From Gammaproteobacteria bacterium (GTDB lineage Bacteria > Pseudomonadota > Gammaproteobacteria > Ga0077536), in NCBI GenBank assembly GCA_963662545.2, contig CAXXLL010000003.1, positions 64,001 through 128,000 on the forward strand: a stretch of 64,000 nucleotides of DNA. The letters are read 5' to 3'. Of this stretch, positions 49,185 to 59,587 are shown in pieces. A program made the translations under genes and the position numbers. How positions within the stretch are numbered: the first letter of the stretch is position 1; each line of letters opens with the position of its first letter. The notes under the pieces are model-generated. The model was given only the letters and a program-made list of their open reading frames with translations. It was not told the DNA's origin and made no database searches.

Positions 49185-49495
49185 CCTTAGCTTAACGCCA
49201 GGTGACGCGCTCTTCATGCATGATTCGAAGGGATCGCTCAGCAGCTCAGCAAGCCGCTGGTGACTAAGACGATAGGCGGGGTTCGAGCTAACCTGTGAAC
49301 ACGCAGCGAGAATCTACAGCCGACAGCGAGCAACTCAGCGGTCTGCGCTAAGCCACAGTCGCGCAGTTCGCGCCCGACTGGATCATACACGGTTAAAAGC
49401 GTGTACCGATGAAGTCGCATTTGCATCGCGTATACTACCGCGACCAGTATGCCCCGTGCAGCCGCTGCGACCCTAAACCTGAACGCTTCTCCGCC

Positions 49496-50143
49496 ATGAT
49501 TTTCATCTGTGGAGCCATCGACTGGCATACCGCCGGCGCCACCGCAGCGGCATCGGCCGCGATGGTGCAGGCAAGACGCACAGCACGCGACCGAGCCATC
49601 TCTACCGTAAATCTGCCGGGCGCCGTTATGGCACATGCCGAGCAGAATGCGATTCGGGCCAGCGTCGGCAGCAATACGGCGCTCCTGTTTCGCCCCACCG
49701 CTGAAGACATCGCCGACGATGGTGCGCGCCTCACGGAAATGCTCGACGACTACCTGCGTTCCGGCCGCCTGCGGCCTGGCGCGATGAGCGGTGCGTTCAT
49801 GCTCGTTGTCATTGACGTCGGACAGCGACGCACGCTGCTGGCGACCGACCGGTTCGGGATCTGCCCCATGTACTATCGGGTGGCACCCGAACGCATCATG
49901 TTCTCCAGCGACCTCGATGCACTCGTCGCGCACCCGTAAATCGCGCCCGCGCTTGATGCCCAGGCCATCTACGATTACGTATTTTTTCATTGCATCCCTA
50001 GCCCACGCACGATTTACCAGGAAGTAAGCAAACTGGGGCCGGCGGAATCGCTGTTATGGGACGAAGCTGGGGCACACCGCGGGCCGTACTGGCAGCCTGA
50101 CTTTGCCGCCGAAGACGCTGGGCCTAAGGCCGCCGGGCAACGC
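49496..50143 (+). pseudogene. asparagine synthetase-like amidotransferase N-terminus with a nonsense codon, truncated by IS21
   Basis: GAFMLV, ATDRFGICPMYY, FSSDL, stop at 49937-49939, then in frame ...YVFFHCIPSPRTIY...YWQPDF up to the IS end. Confidence 0.82.
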
Positions 50144-50343
50144 TGTCAACGGCGGAGCAAAATTAGTCCACCCGGGCGGAGCAAAACTAGTCCACTTAAC
50201 GTTATGCGGTACGCAGTGTTGGGGGGTTGTCCCGGTAGTCCATAGGAGGGACCCGCGCTGCTTCGTGTAGCGCTTGCGTTACGCGGAGCGAAGCAGCGTG
50301 GGAGGTTCCTGTGGACCCACCGGGTCAACCTTGAGTTCGGTGG

Positions 50344-51114
50344 TCAAGCAGGCGTATTTGGGGATTTCCGCCGTTTTTGGCTTTGGTTGAGACGATAGCT
50401 CTCGCCGTTCATTTCCAGGATATGGACAGGGTGGGTCAGGCGGTCCAGCAAAGCCCCGGTCAGACGTTCCGAGCCGAATATCTCCGTCCACTCATCGAAC
50501 GGCAAGTTGGAGGTCACCATGATCGAGCCCCGCTCGTAGCGCTGGCTGAAGACTTCGAACAGCAGCTCGGCGCCGGTCTTCGAGAGCGGCACGAAGCCGA
50601 GTTCGTCGATGATCAGAAGGTGATACTTTGCCAGTTGCTTCTGCAGGCGCAACAGGCGTTTTTCATCCCTGGCCTCCATCAGTTCATGAACCAGGGCGGC
50701 GGCCGTGATGAAGCCGACGGAGAGCCCCTTTTGGCAGGCCGCCAGACCGAGACCGAGGGCGATATGGGTCTTGCCGGTTCCGCTGTTGCCGAGCGCGATG
50801 ATATTCTCACGACGCTCTACGTATTCGCATCGCGCCAACTCCAGAACCAGCATCTTGTTGAGCGAGGCGATGGCCTTGAAGTCGAAGCTGTCGAGGCTTT
50901 TGACGGCGGGGAACCTAGCCTGTCTGATCCGCCGCTCGACCATGCGGCGCTCACGGTCGATCAGTTCCAACTCGGTCAGACGGACAAGATACCGCACAGG
51001 GTCGGCGCCCTCGGTGGCGCATTGGCGGGCCAGCTTGTCGTATTCGCGCAGGAACGTCGGCAGTTTCAGGGTCTTGAGGTGATGGGCCAGCAACACTTGC
51101 GGCGTATCGGTCAT
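50344..51114 (-). CDS. istB: IS21 helper ATPase
   Basis: As copy 1 (RRIRQ instead of RRSRQ). Confidence 0.95.
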   Translation of the reverse strand: MTDTPQVLLAHHLKTLKLPTFLREYDKLARQCATEGADPVRYLVRLTELELIDRERRMVERRIRQARFPAVKSLDSFDFKAIASLNKMLVLELARCEYVERRENIIALGNSGTGKTHIALGLGLAACQKGLSVGFITAAALVHELMEARDEKRLLRLQKQLAKYHLLIIDELGFVPLSKTGAELLFEVFSQRYERGSIMVTSNLPFDEWTEIFGSERLTGALLDRLTHPVHILEMNGESYRLNQSQKRRKSPNTPA

Positions 51115-52610
51115 GACGCGCCTCCACCCAACAAGCTCATATAACTGGCGGCGGCCGTGGTCGCCACGTTGGCCCGAGGCAGGTAGGGATAGATATCCAG
51201 GTCGAGTTTGGGCGGGCGTCGCTCGATACGGCACAGCACAAGGTGTTTGACGGCGTCGTAGCCGATCGCGCCCAGGCGCAGGGCGTCCTTCACCGCGCCG
51301 TGAAGCACCTCGAGATCGAAGGTCTCCAGAAGCCGAAGGACCTGGACGTATTCCCGCTTGCCGGCCTTGCCCATGCGCGCCTCCAGGAGACGGCGCAGGG
51401 TTGGGAAGGCATCAGGCAGTTCCCATCCGGCTAGCGGCGCGGCCTGATCCAGGGCACCGATCTTGTGCTCCAGCAAAGGCAGGTAGTGGATCGGATCGAA
51501 GACCCTATCTTCCCGGTCGTAGGAACGGGGGTGTCGGGCAATGATCCCGGCGCCGCAACCGATAACCACCTCGTGGACATAGCCACGGACCCAGACCTCT
51601 TGGTGGCCGTAGGCGACGGGCACGGAATAGTCATTCGTCCGGTAGCGCACCAGGGACAGCGAGTTGACCCGCGTGCCCTGCTTGTCGCACGCGTCGAACG
51701 GTGCCGGCAGTGGCCTCTTCAACGCTTCGCGGTCACGCACAAACCGTTCGCCGATGCTCTCGCGGTGGCCGCGCAGGACGTCGTCTTGCCGTTTGCGGCA
51801 TTGTTCCTCCAGGTAAGCGTTGAAGGCGTCCCAGCTCGCGAACCGGGGAAGCGGCGTCATGAAGTTCCGTCGGGCGTAGCCAACCACCCCCTCAACATTG
51901 CCTTTGTCGTTGCCCTTGCCGGGACGGCCGTAACGGTCCTCGAAGAGGTAATGGGACTGCAGTCCGCTGAACGCTCGCGTTCGTTGTCGCGTGCCATCCG
52001 GCAAGATGCGCGACACCAGGCACTTGTCGTTGTCGTAGAGAATCGATCGGGGAACACCGCCGAAGAAGGCGAAGGTTCTGTTGTGCCCGTCCAGCCAGGC
52101 CTCCGTCGTCGCTGACGGGTAGGCCGCAACGAAGCAGGCATCGCTGTGGGGAAGTGTCATGACGAAAAAATGCGCCCGATACTTGACGCCGGCGATGATC
52201 GCATCCGCCTCGCCAAAGTCCGCTTGAGCATGGCCCGGAGGATGTGACAACGGCACAAACATCTCACGCCGACGAAGGCGCCGTTCCCGAACGTAATCCT
52301 TCACGATGGTCTCTTTGCCCGTGAAGCCATGTTCGTCGCGAAGGCGCTCGAATATACGCTTCGCCGTGTGGTGCTGCTTACGGTGAACCGTTCGGTCCTC
52401 CTCCAGAATACGGTCGATGATATCCGTGAAGGGGGCCCGTTTCGGGCGTTTCGGTGGCTGGCGTCGCCGATATCCCGGCGGTTCCGAATGCCGCAGCATC
52501 TTCCTCACCGTCTCGCGCGCAATGCCAAACCGACTTGCCGCCTCTCGCTGGCTCAGACCATCAACATGGCAGGCCAGCCGAACGCGCAGATATAGGTCCA
52601 CGGTGTACAT
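51111..52610 (-). CDS. istA: IS21 transposase
   Basis: As copy 1 (EVWVRG instead of EVWIRG). Confidence 0.95.
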   Translation of the reverse strand: MYTVDLYLRVRLACHVDGLSQREAASRFGIARETVRKMLRHSEPPGYRRRQPPKRPKRAPFTDIIDRILEEDRTVHRKQHHTAKRIFERLRDEHGFTGKETIVKDYVRERRLRRREMFVPLSHPPGHAQADFGEADAIIAGVKYRAHFFVMTLPHSDACFVAAYPSATTEAWLDGHNRTFAFFGGVPRSILYDNDKCLVSRILPDGTRQRTRAFSGLQSHYLFEDRYGRPGKGNDKGNVEGVVGYARRNFMTPLPRFASWDAFNAYLEEQCRKRQDDVLRGHRESIGERFVRDREALKRPLPAPFDACDKQGTRVNSLSLVRYRTNDYSVPVAYGHQEVWVRGYVHEVVIGCGAGIIARHPRSYDREDRVFDPIHYLPLLEHKIGALDQAAPLAGWELPDAFPTLRRLLEARMGKAGKREYVQVLRLLETFDLEVLHGAVKDALRLGAIGYDAVKHLVLCRIERRPPKLDLDIYPYLPRANVATTAAASYMSLLGGGAS

Positions 52611-52724
52611 CCTCCCGCCTTCCATCTCAAAAAAGATCGAAGGCTACAGGTGGCAGAGTTTTACTCCGCCCGCGGCTGGGAAATCCCGCCGCTTCCGTGG
52701 ACTAATTTGTCACCGCCGTTCTCA

Positions 52725-53120
52725 CTCGAATGCGGCGGTTATTTAATGGGCATTGGCACCCACCTCGGCACCGTGACGTTCTACCATTGCATCGAAGATT
52801 TAAACGACGACTTCCCATTCAACGTTTACTCCGACGACTCGCCGTTTGACGTACGTTGCATCGATTGGAGCGGCGAGGTTCACGCGCTTACGTTGTCAGG
52901 CCATGGTCCCTCGCAGAGCCGCATCGACCGCCCGGAAAACGATGCCATACGCGGCTATTTCACCAATCGATTCGAACGCAAGGCCGGGCTTGAATGGTTT
53001 ACCGTGGGACAAACGAAAGGCTGGTTTGTGGCCATGCCTCCCATGTACGAGGAATGCCTAGCTATGCTGGCCGAGGGCGTCACGATCTATACGAACGGAG
53101 ATGAACTGCCCAATACCTAA
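52725..53120 (+). pseudogene. C-terminal remnant of an AAC(3)/Antibiotic_NAT-like acyltransferase
   Basis: GGYLMGIGTHLGTVTFYHCIED resembles the G..L.LG....NT..H..E motif. The N-terminus is replaced by IS21. Confidence 0.6.
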
Positions 53121-53274
53121 GACCCCGTACATTTGTGCCATTTGAAATTCCACCGCCCGCACCTGAAATTTCGAAGAGCGGACAAGACTCGCTTGTCTGG
53201 TCAGACCCTTCAACGCCTGCCGCGCGATTGGCAACCGAATGATTTGACAGATTTCTCCACGACCTGGACCGAAA

Positions 53275-54339
53275 TCAGAGTCTCCGCGCATGGATATAGT
53301 CCGCACCGTTGTCCGGTACCAGATGGTCCGCAACGGTGACCAAGCGCCGTACGTGCCGCCAGTGCGAACCGGCGGAGAACCAGGGCCGGTAACGCGTCAG
53401 TCCGTGCCACCGTACGACGCCGGCTTCCAGCGCGCGACACGTGTCCTGCTCGATAACATCCAGGTCCCGCCCTTCCCGTATGGCCGCTAAGGCCTCCCCA
53501 AAAAACCCGTAGAGGCAGATGCTCACGACGTGCATGCGCAGCTGAATCTCGTCAAACTCAGGCTGACGGTTGGCAAGCGGACGGAAATACAGGACGTCGA
53601 CCTCCCAGATTCGCCGGGAAAGACTTGGCGAATAGTCATAGACATTCAGCACATTCGTCAGCACTGATCGACTCCCGTGAAGCGAACGCGGCTGCCGATC
53701 CGGCCACAAATCGAGTAACTCGAAACCCTTGCCGGTCATCAGTGCGTGAATATCGCAAAATGTTGGATAGCCGGGCTCGTGTTCGTGCATGGCTGCTTCC
53801 AACTCGACAAGTGAGCATTCGGGCAGAACGGTATTGGCCAAGCCTTCCAGTATTTCGAGTTCACACCCCTGCACATCGAGTTTCAGCAGATCGATCCGGT
53901 TTACACCGATCGATTCGAAGAATTTACCCGAAGCTTCGGTCTTCAGCGTTCGCGTCGTGATCGGCAGCAAATACTCGGATGTCGTATAAGCCCTGACGAG
54001 GTCGTTGTCAGGATTGAACAGGGACGAGCCGCTCGGTGCGGCTGTCACATAGAGAGTGCGCTCACCACCTTCTTTTGACAGCGCCACCGGAAACACCTGG
54101 TAATCTCCACTGTTACCGCGTGCCGCGTGCCGCTTTTTCATGCGCTCGCATGCTTCTTCGTCGGGCTCGACGCAAATGAATTGGGCGTTCTCCTCTAGAT
54201 CCAGCCACGGCTCCGGCAGGTCGCCGCTCGCGCCGATATCCACGGCCACCGGCGTGTATCCGTCCAGCAAAGATCCGATCGCGTTTCGAAGTGCCGCCCG
54301 TTTACGCGAGCGACGCCACGACATAATCCATTCAATCAT
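53275..54339 (-). CDS. FkbM family methyltransferase
   Basis: VDIGASG, VEPD, PVALS, SGSSL, DLLKLDVQGCELEIL. Confidence 0.88.
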   Translation of the reverse strand: MIEWIMSWRRSRKRAALRNAIGSLLDGYTPVAVDIGASGDLPEPWLDLEENAQFICVEPDEEACERMKKRHAARGNSGDYQVFPVALSKEGGERTLYVTAAPSGSSLFNPDNDLVRAYTTSEYLLPITTRTLKTEASGKFFESIGVNRIDLLKLDVQGCELEILEGLANTVLPECSLVELEAAMHEHEPGYPTFCDIHALMTGKGFELLDLWPDRQPRSLHGSRSVLTNVLNVYDYSPSLSRRIWEVDVLYFRPLANRQPEFDEIQLRMHVVSICLYGFFGEALAAIREGRDLDVIEQDTCRALEAGVVRWHGLTRYRPWFSAGSHWRHVRRLVTVADHLVPDNGADYIHARRL

Positions 54340-54413
54340 GCTTGCCTTCGCGCACTCGCTGATTCGCGTGCTCGACCGTTCAAGCCCTGCATTGATCGGC
54401 CTTCAGTGACCCG

Positions 54414-54966
54414 TCAAATCTTGGTAGCGACGACGAGCGTATATGGGGTCGCCATGTGCCCGAGGAATCGCAGCGGGGGTAGCCGCCGTATCACAGTGAA
54501 CACTATCCTGCGCAACGCCGTAGTGCTAGTCACGGCACTAAAATCAAACCGGTCCAGGGCCTGTAACCCACGTTTCTTGAGTTCCTTTCGGAGACCGTAA
54601 TAAGGGAACCAATGGACGGCCGGATAGGTCGCGTAGTTGACGAGTTCAGGTCGGGTCGTTACAGAAAGCCGTTCGTAGTAATGTTTGAGTCTCGCGGGGT
54701 ACCAACTATATAAGGGCAATTCGAATTCCTGCTGTGCCGGGCACAGTATATTGCTGGTGCTCAAGTAAAGGACTCCTCCCGGCTTCAAGATCCTGACCGC
54801 CTCGTCGAGGCAACGCCGCCAATCAGCCACGTGCTCGAGCAGTTCCGGCATCAGGCATAAGTCCATAGCTTCGTCGTCCCATGGTAGTTCGGTCGCGCTG
54901 CCGACGACGTACTCGATGTCCAGCCCCTGCTCTTTCGCCCTTTGGCAAGCGATCTCAATTAATGGT
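54414..54966 (-). pseudogene. class I SAM methyltransferase lacking its N-terminal motif I
   Basis: ...PLIEIACQRA...GSATELPW...PELLEHVADW...LKPGGVLYLST; an in-frame stop lies upstream and there is no GCG motif. Confidence 0.75.
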
Positions 54967-55073
54967 GATGTCTCGCTTCATCTGCATACTCGATCACAGC
55001 CGCCGTGACATGGCAAGTTAATTTACGACACCGTCCTTCGTGAGCGTGGTTTTCAGAAGCGGGCTAGTCTAGG

Positions 55074-56250
55074 TCAAACTTTTTCTGTCAAGCGCATCTG
55101 ACGCCAAACGACACACCCGACCACTATTGTTGCGCCTAAATGCATCGCTCCAACAACGAGCCATTGCGGCAACAATAACGCACCCGCCGATGTAAATAGG
55201 CTATAACGTCCAAGGTAGATCACGCTAAAAGTAATTGCGCCAAGACAACCACCGAAAGCGATCCATTTCATCCAATCCGATAATCGGTACGCCGTTGGAT
55301 AGAACCAATCCAGATGGCGTTCGAACCACAGCACCGCAAACGGTAATAACCATGGCGCGAACATGAATCCGATCCGAATTTCGCGTACCCGTGCAAGCGC
55401 GATGTTAGTGACTAAGATCAATAGCAGCACTATTGGCGCGGACAGGTAGAGGACGCGCCAACTATTCGGGAGCTGATTGCGGATTCGAATTGCTTCAAAG
55501 TAACCGGCCACACCGATAGGCCACAATACACCGAAAACCATCGCCAAGAAGAACACACTTTCAATTGGGAACTCGACGTTACGCGTTGCCCCATCAAAGG
55601 GCCGATAACTTTGAACCCCCAGCCACCATCGAGTTGCAAGCAACGTCAGCGGCGCAATAGCACTTAATACGATGCGTTCCCGTAAGCGGCCCGAGCCAGC
55701 GACTAAGTATGTAAAGGACAATACAAGCGTTGTCTCGCGTGTGAGCGCTCCGAAAACAGAAAACAATACCATGAGAATTCGGTTGCCGCGTATTAGCGCA
55801 ACTAATCCGAATATGACGAGTAAATAAGCCAGTGGGTCTTCGCGAGTATGTACCGGAAAAACGTAGGCAAGTAGTATCGGAGGCGACAGGAAAAACAATG
55901 CGATGGCAAATTGCGCGGAGCTATCGGAGAACCCCAAGACTTTAGCGTATTGGTGAAAAGCAACGCCGGTGATAGCAAGGCAAAGGAAACTCAAGGTAAT
56001 GAATGTTGCGAAGAAGAATTCACTCGATTCGGACGGTGAAACTGCAGAGTAGACGCCCTCCACGACCCATTGAAAGAGGACTCGATATCTCATTGCGGGC
56101 CTTTCCGATATGTTCCAGTCCTGAGGTGAATGAGCCGGGGACGTGAGCTCGGCCGCTAAGGCCGATGAATCTCTAAAGCTGCCGTAGTCCGATATCGCGA
56201 AAAGCCAAACGACGAATAGACAAGCGCCCAGAATGAGTGTTGTTCTCACT
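55074..56250 (-). CDS. polytopic membrane protein (GT-C/Wzy-like?)
   Basis: About 10 hydrophobic segments; RYRVL, EDPLAY, LTRETT. Lower GC; start uncertain. Confidence 0.6.
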
Positions 56251-56446
56251 TTGCCATCCCGGGAATGCCCGCGACATTCCCCACTTTTAACCAACGGCAC
56301 CGAATACAGGCAATCCGCGCTATTGTGAAAATCATTCGAACATACTTCCTTCCCACAATGGAAAGAATTCCGGCGGACCGCCGATTTGATCTTCCCCCGA
56401 TAAGGCGGACATTAGTTTAAGCGGCATTATTCGGTTCGTACACTAT

Positions 56447-56903
56447 GTGCTTCCGCATGTGCGGCATATTTTCATCATGCGAAATCCGATTGACCGAGAA
56501 TGGTCTGCGGCACTAATGAGCCTCGTGAAGCGCAGCGGCAAGCGATACGAAGACGTACCCGAGCATTCCTTCAGCGAACATTTTCGCGCTTCGCCATCTG
56601 TAAGGCGAGGAGACTGCCTTACGACACTCGAGAACTGGCTTACCTATTTTCTTCGGAGCAGCTGCTGATTGAATTATTCAAGGACATTTCGACGCAGCCG
56701 CGTGACCTTCTTGGTCGCGTATTCGCGCACATCCGCGTTTCGAGCGAAGTCCATTGGAACCAGTTTCCATTCGAGCAGAACCCGAACAGAGCATCGAAAT
56801 GCCCCCGCAGTTTCGAGAGTTCCTGAACGACATGTACTGCGACGACATCGAGCAACTCTACGATCGTTTTGGGGATCGCGTAGCAGGATGGCGCGTCGCG
56901 TGA
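56447..56903 (+). pseudogene. frameshifted sulfotransferase remnant
   Basis: IFIMRNPIDREWSA (3'-PB motif), LENWLTYF / SEQLLIELF / MYCDDIEQLY spread over three frames. Confidence 0.72.
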
Positions 56904-57405
56904 AGCTGTACACGCTTGCTTCTTCATAGTCGTCCGCGGCACCGTTAGTCTAAGATTGCGTCGGCCCCACTTCACACAGCGTATCTAAATGTTAGAGCGC
57001 GTTGCGATAGTTTTTGATGACGACGCTTTTTGGAATCACGTGCTTAAGAGTTCGTGGCAGCAGGCCGATAAACATTCGAATCAGTGCTTCGGCACCCCGC
57101 TCCAGTTGCACTTTCTTTTGAGCAAGGGTGCTGACCACGGCTAACAGCAGCCAAGTTAAACGCCCGTGCCAACAGCCTGCTCGCAAAAGAGCCGATTCGG
57201 AGAGATCCTCAACATCCTCGGGTTACGAACTTCAGTGCGTCCGCCGCTGTTAAAAAGAGTAGCAGGCACAATTCTGTGACTGTGAGGAAGTCACGAAGTC
57301 GAGTATCGTACGATTATCTGAGACTTCGACTGAAAATGACCCGCCTTCCAATCACCGCCTTCGCGAACACCCGCTGGGGCTCGGCATTCCAGTGCTACAT
57401 GCTCG

Positions 57406-58287
57406 ATGCCTAGACCCAACTTTTTCCTTATTGGTTCGATGAAGTCCGGGACCTCTTCGATGCACCGATATCTCGCAACTCACCCGGACATATTCATGTC
57501 GGAGGACAAGGAGCCCAGCTACTTCGTCGAGCCTGAAACTTTGAAGGTACTGTGGCCAGCAATGTACGCAAAGCGATACTGGGAGAATCTCGAGAATTAC
57601 CTCTCCTTATTCGCCGGCGCCGGCCAGGCTAGGTGGATCGGAGAATCGAGTACCAATTACTCCAAGCTGCCTGTCTCGGCCGACATTGCGGAGCGAATCC
57701 ACCGTTTCGCGCCAGACGCGAAAATACTCTACTTGATGAGAGATCCCGCGCACCGCGCGCTAAGCCATTATTGGCAATCCGTGGACCGGGAGTTCGAACA
57801 GGCGGCACCCGAACACGCTCTGGTACCCGGCAGCCATTATTTCGATGTTAGCCATTACGCAATGCAGTTGCGCCCGTATCTCTCGCTGTTCCCGCGTGAT
57901 TCGGTCATGGTGCTGTCACTCGAGGAATTCGAAGCGGAACCGGACCGTGTATTCGGCGCGATCCTGCGTTGGCTCGCGGTGAGTTCCGTATTCCGTCCTG
58001 CGAATCTCGGCGAAAAATTTCACCAAACCCCATCGATTCTCTGGCAGACGCGCGCGGGGCGACTCGCGCGATTCTACCGCAAGATCTCGGTACCTAAGTT
58101 CATCCGGCGGCTATGTCCGGACGCGATGCGCTATTATGCGTGGCGCTTGGCAGTCAAACCGGTCCGCCGCGACCCGACCAGCGAGACAGCTTTAATGGCA
58201 CGGGTGCGCGAGTGGCAACGGCCGCAGATCCGGGAGCTGGAAGATCTGCTTGGGCGCCGGTTTCCGGAGTGGGTCGGTAACCCCTGA
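57406..58287 (+). CDS. PAPS-dependent sulfotransferase
   Basis: FFLIGSMKSGTSS (5'-PSB), HPDIFMS..KEP.YF, GESSTNY, LMRDPAHRALSHY. Confidence 0.92.
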   Translation: MPRPNFFLIGSMKSGTSSMHRYLATHPDIFMSEDKEPSYFVEPETLKVLWPAMYAKRYWENLENYLSLFAGAGQARWIGESSTNYSKLPVSADIAERIHRFAPDAKILYLMRDPAHRALSHYWQSVDREFEQAAPEHALVPGSHYFDVSHYAMQLRPYLSLFPRDSVMVLSLEEFEAEPDRVFGAILRWLAVSSVFRPANLGEKFHQTPSILWQTRAGRLARFYRKISVPKFIRRLCPDAMRYYAWRLAVKPVRRDPTSETALMARVREWQRPQIRELEDLLGRRFPEWVGNP

Positions 58288-58390
58288 GATCGATTGACGC
58301 GCATGGCCGCAGGTTCTCCGGCGTCGACGTGATCCAAGACGTGAACTCGATGCTACGGATCTTCCAAGTGATGCATTCGTCTGCTTCGAA

Positions 58391-59587
58391 ATGAATGTCC
58401 TGCAGGTGTATAAGACGAGGTACCCCGAACTCGCAGGCGGCGTCGATGTCGTCGTCGCGAATCTGCTGCGTAGCACGGAACCAGGCTTCAATGTCGCCCT
58501 GCTCCGTACCGCGGAATGGACAATGCGCGGGATTGATGATCAGATCGTCGATGACGCACGGATGTTTTCGCTGCATCTTCCCTTGCCCCCCGCGAAGCCG
58601 CGTGATTTTCGCGGCTGGTTGTTTTTCGCGCGCAAGGCACCGGTCTGCCTGATGCGCTTGAGCAAACTACTGGCTCGTAATGATTTCGATCTGGTCCATC
58701 TGCACACGCTTCAGAACTACCATTTATATTTCGTGCTGGCTCAGATCTTGGGGGGGCCGCCCTTCGTCATAACCTTGCATCGCGCGGAGGTGCTGGGATT
58801 TCCAACGCGGGCGCGGCCAACACGCATCCTCTGGAAGCTGTCGCTGCGGCGGGCGGTGGCTGTCAATGCGGTATCCGAATGGCTCGCCGGGGAAGCCCGC
58901 GCGGCCTTTCCTTTCCTTCGAAACATCGACTGCATCACGAGCGGCATCGACATCGGCGTGGAGACACTGCCGGTGGGTCGCGACGTGCGGGAACGATTGT
59001 CACTGCCGGAACGCTACTGCGTCGCGATCGGGACCTTGGCGCCGTATAAGGGGCACGACATCGCAATCCGTGCATGGCGAGAGCTTGATCCTGAATACGA
59101 CGATCTCCACCTCGTCATCGTCGGTTCGGGCGCACTCCTACACGCACACCGGGACCTCGCACAGGCGTTAGGGATCTCCGGCCGCGTGCACTTCACCGGT
59201 CAGCTGGGACGTGCCGACGCCCTCGCTGTCGCGCGCGACAGCCTCGCCATGGTCATGGCGTCCAGAAACGAGGGCCAGGGTCTCGCGGTGCTCGAAGCCG
59301 GCGCCGTGTCAACTGCGATCATTTGCAGCGACATCGGTCCGTTTCGGGAAATGGTTGAACACCGCGAAACCGGTCTCTTGTTCGAGTCAGAAGATCACCA
59401 TGCTCTGGCCACCGCAGTTCAGTCCCTCGCCTCGGACCGCAAGCTTAGAGAAGGGGTTGCGAGGCGATTCTCGCAGCAGGTGCGATCGCGTTATTCGCTT
59501 GCGGAAATGTTTGCTCGCTACGCCGCGTTTTATCGCAAGGCACTCGATCGAAGGCCGGCCGAACGGCCGGCCCACCGCGTGCGATGA
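58391..59587 (+). CDS. glycosyltransferase family 4
   Basis: AGGVD, HLHT, KGHDI, EGQGLAVLEA, SDIGP, ETGLLF. Confidence 0.9.
   Translation: MNVLQVYKTRYPELAGGVDVVVANLLRSTEPGFNVALLRTAEWTMRGIDDQIVDDARMFSLHLPLPPAKPRDFRGWLFFARKAPVCLMRLSKLLARNDFDLVHLHTLQNYHLYFVLAQILGGPPFVITLHRAEVLGFPTRARPTRILWKLSLRRAVAVNAVSEWLAGEARAAFPFLRNIDCITSGIDIGVETLPVGRDVRERLSLPERYCVAIGTLAPYKGHDIAIRAWRELDPEYDDLHLVIVGSGALLHAHRDLAQALGISGRVHFTGQLGRADALAVARDSLAMVMASRNEGQGLAVLEAGAVSTAIICSDIGPFREMVEHRETGLLFESEDHHALATAVQSLASDRKLREGVARRFSQQVRSRYSLAEMFARYAAFYRKALDRRPAERPAHRVR

Larger units (their letters stand above)
50144..52724 (-). mobile_element. IS21-family insertion sequence, copy 2
   Basis: Near-identical to 17298-19880 and in the same orientation; differs by a 2-bp indel and a few SNPs; no target duplication. 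Confidence 0.95.

Noticed and set aside
52725-53120. Aminoglycoside resistance gene mobilised by IS21
   Set aside because: Only a C-terminal fragment; AAC(3)-like proteins are common in polysaccharide loci.
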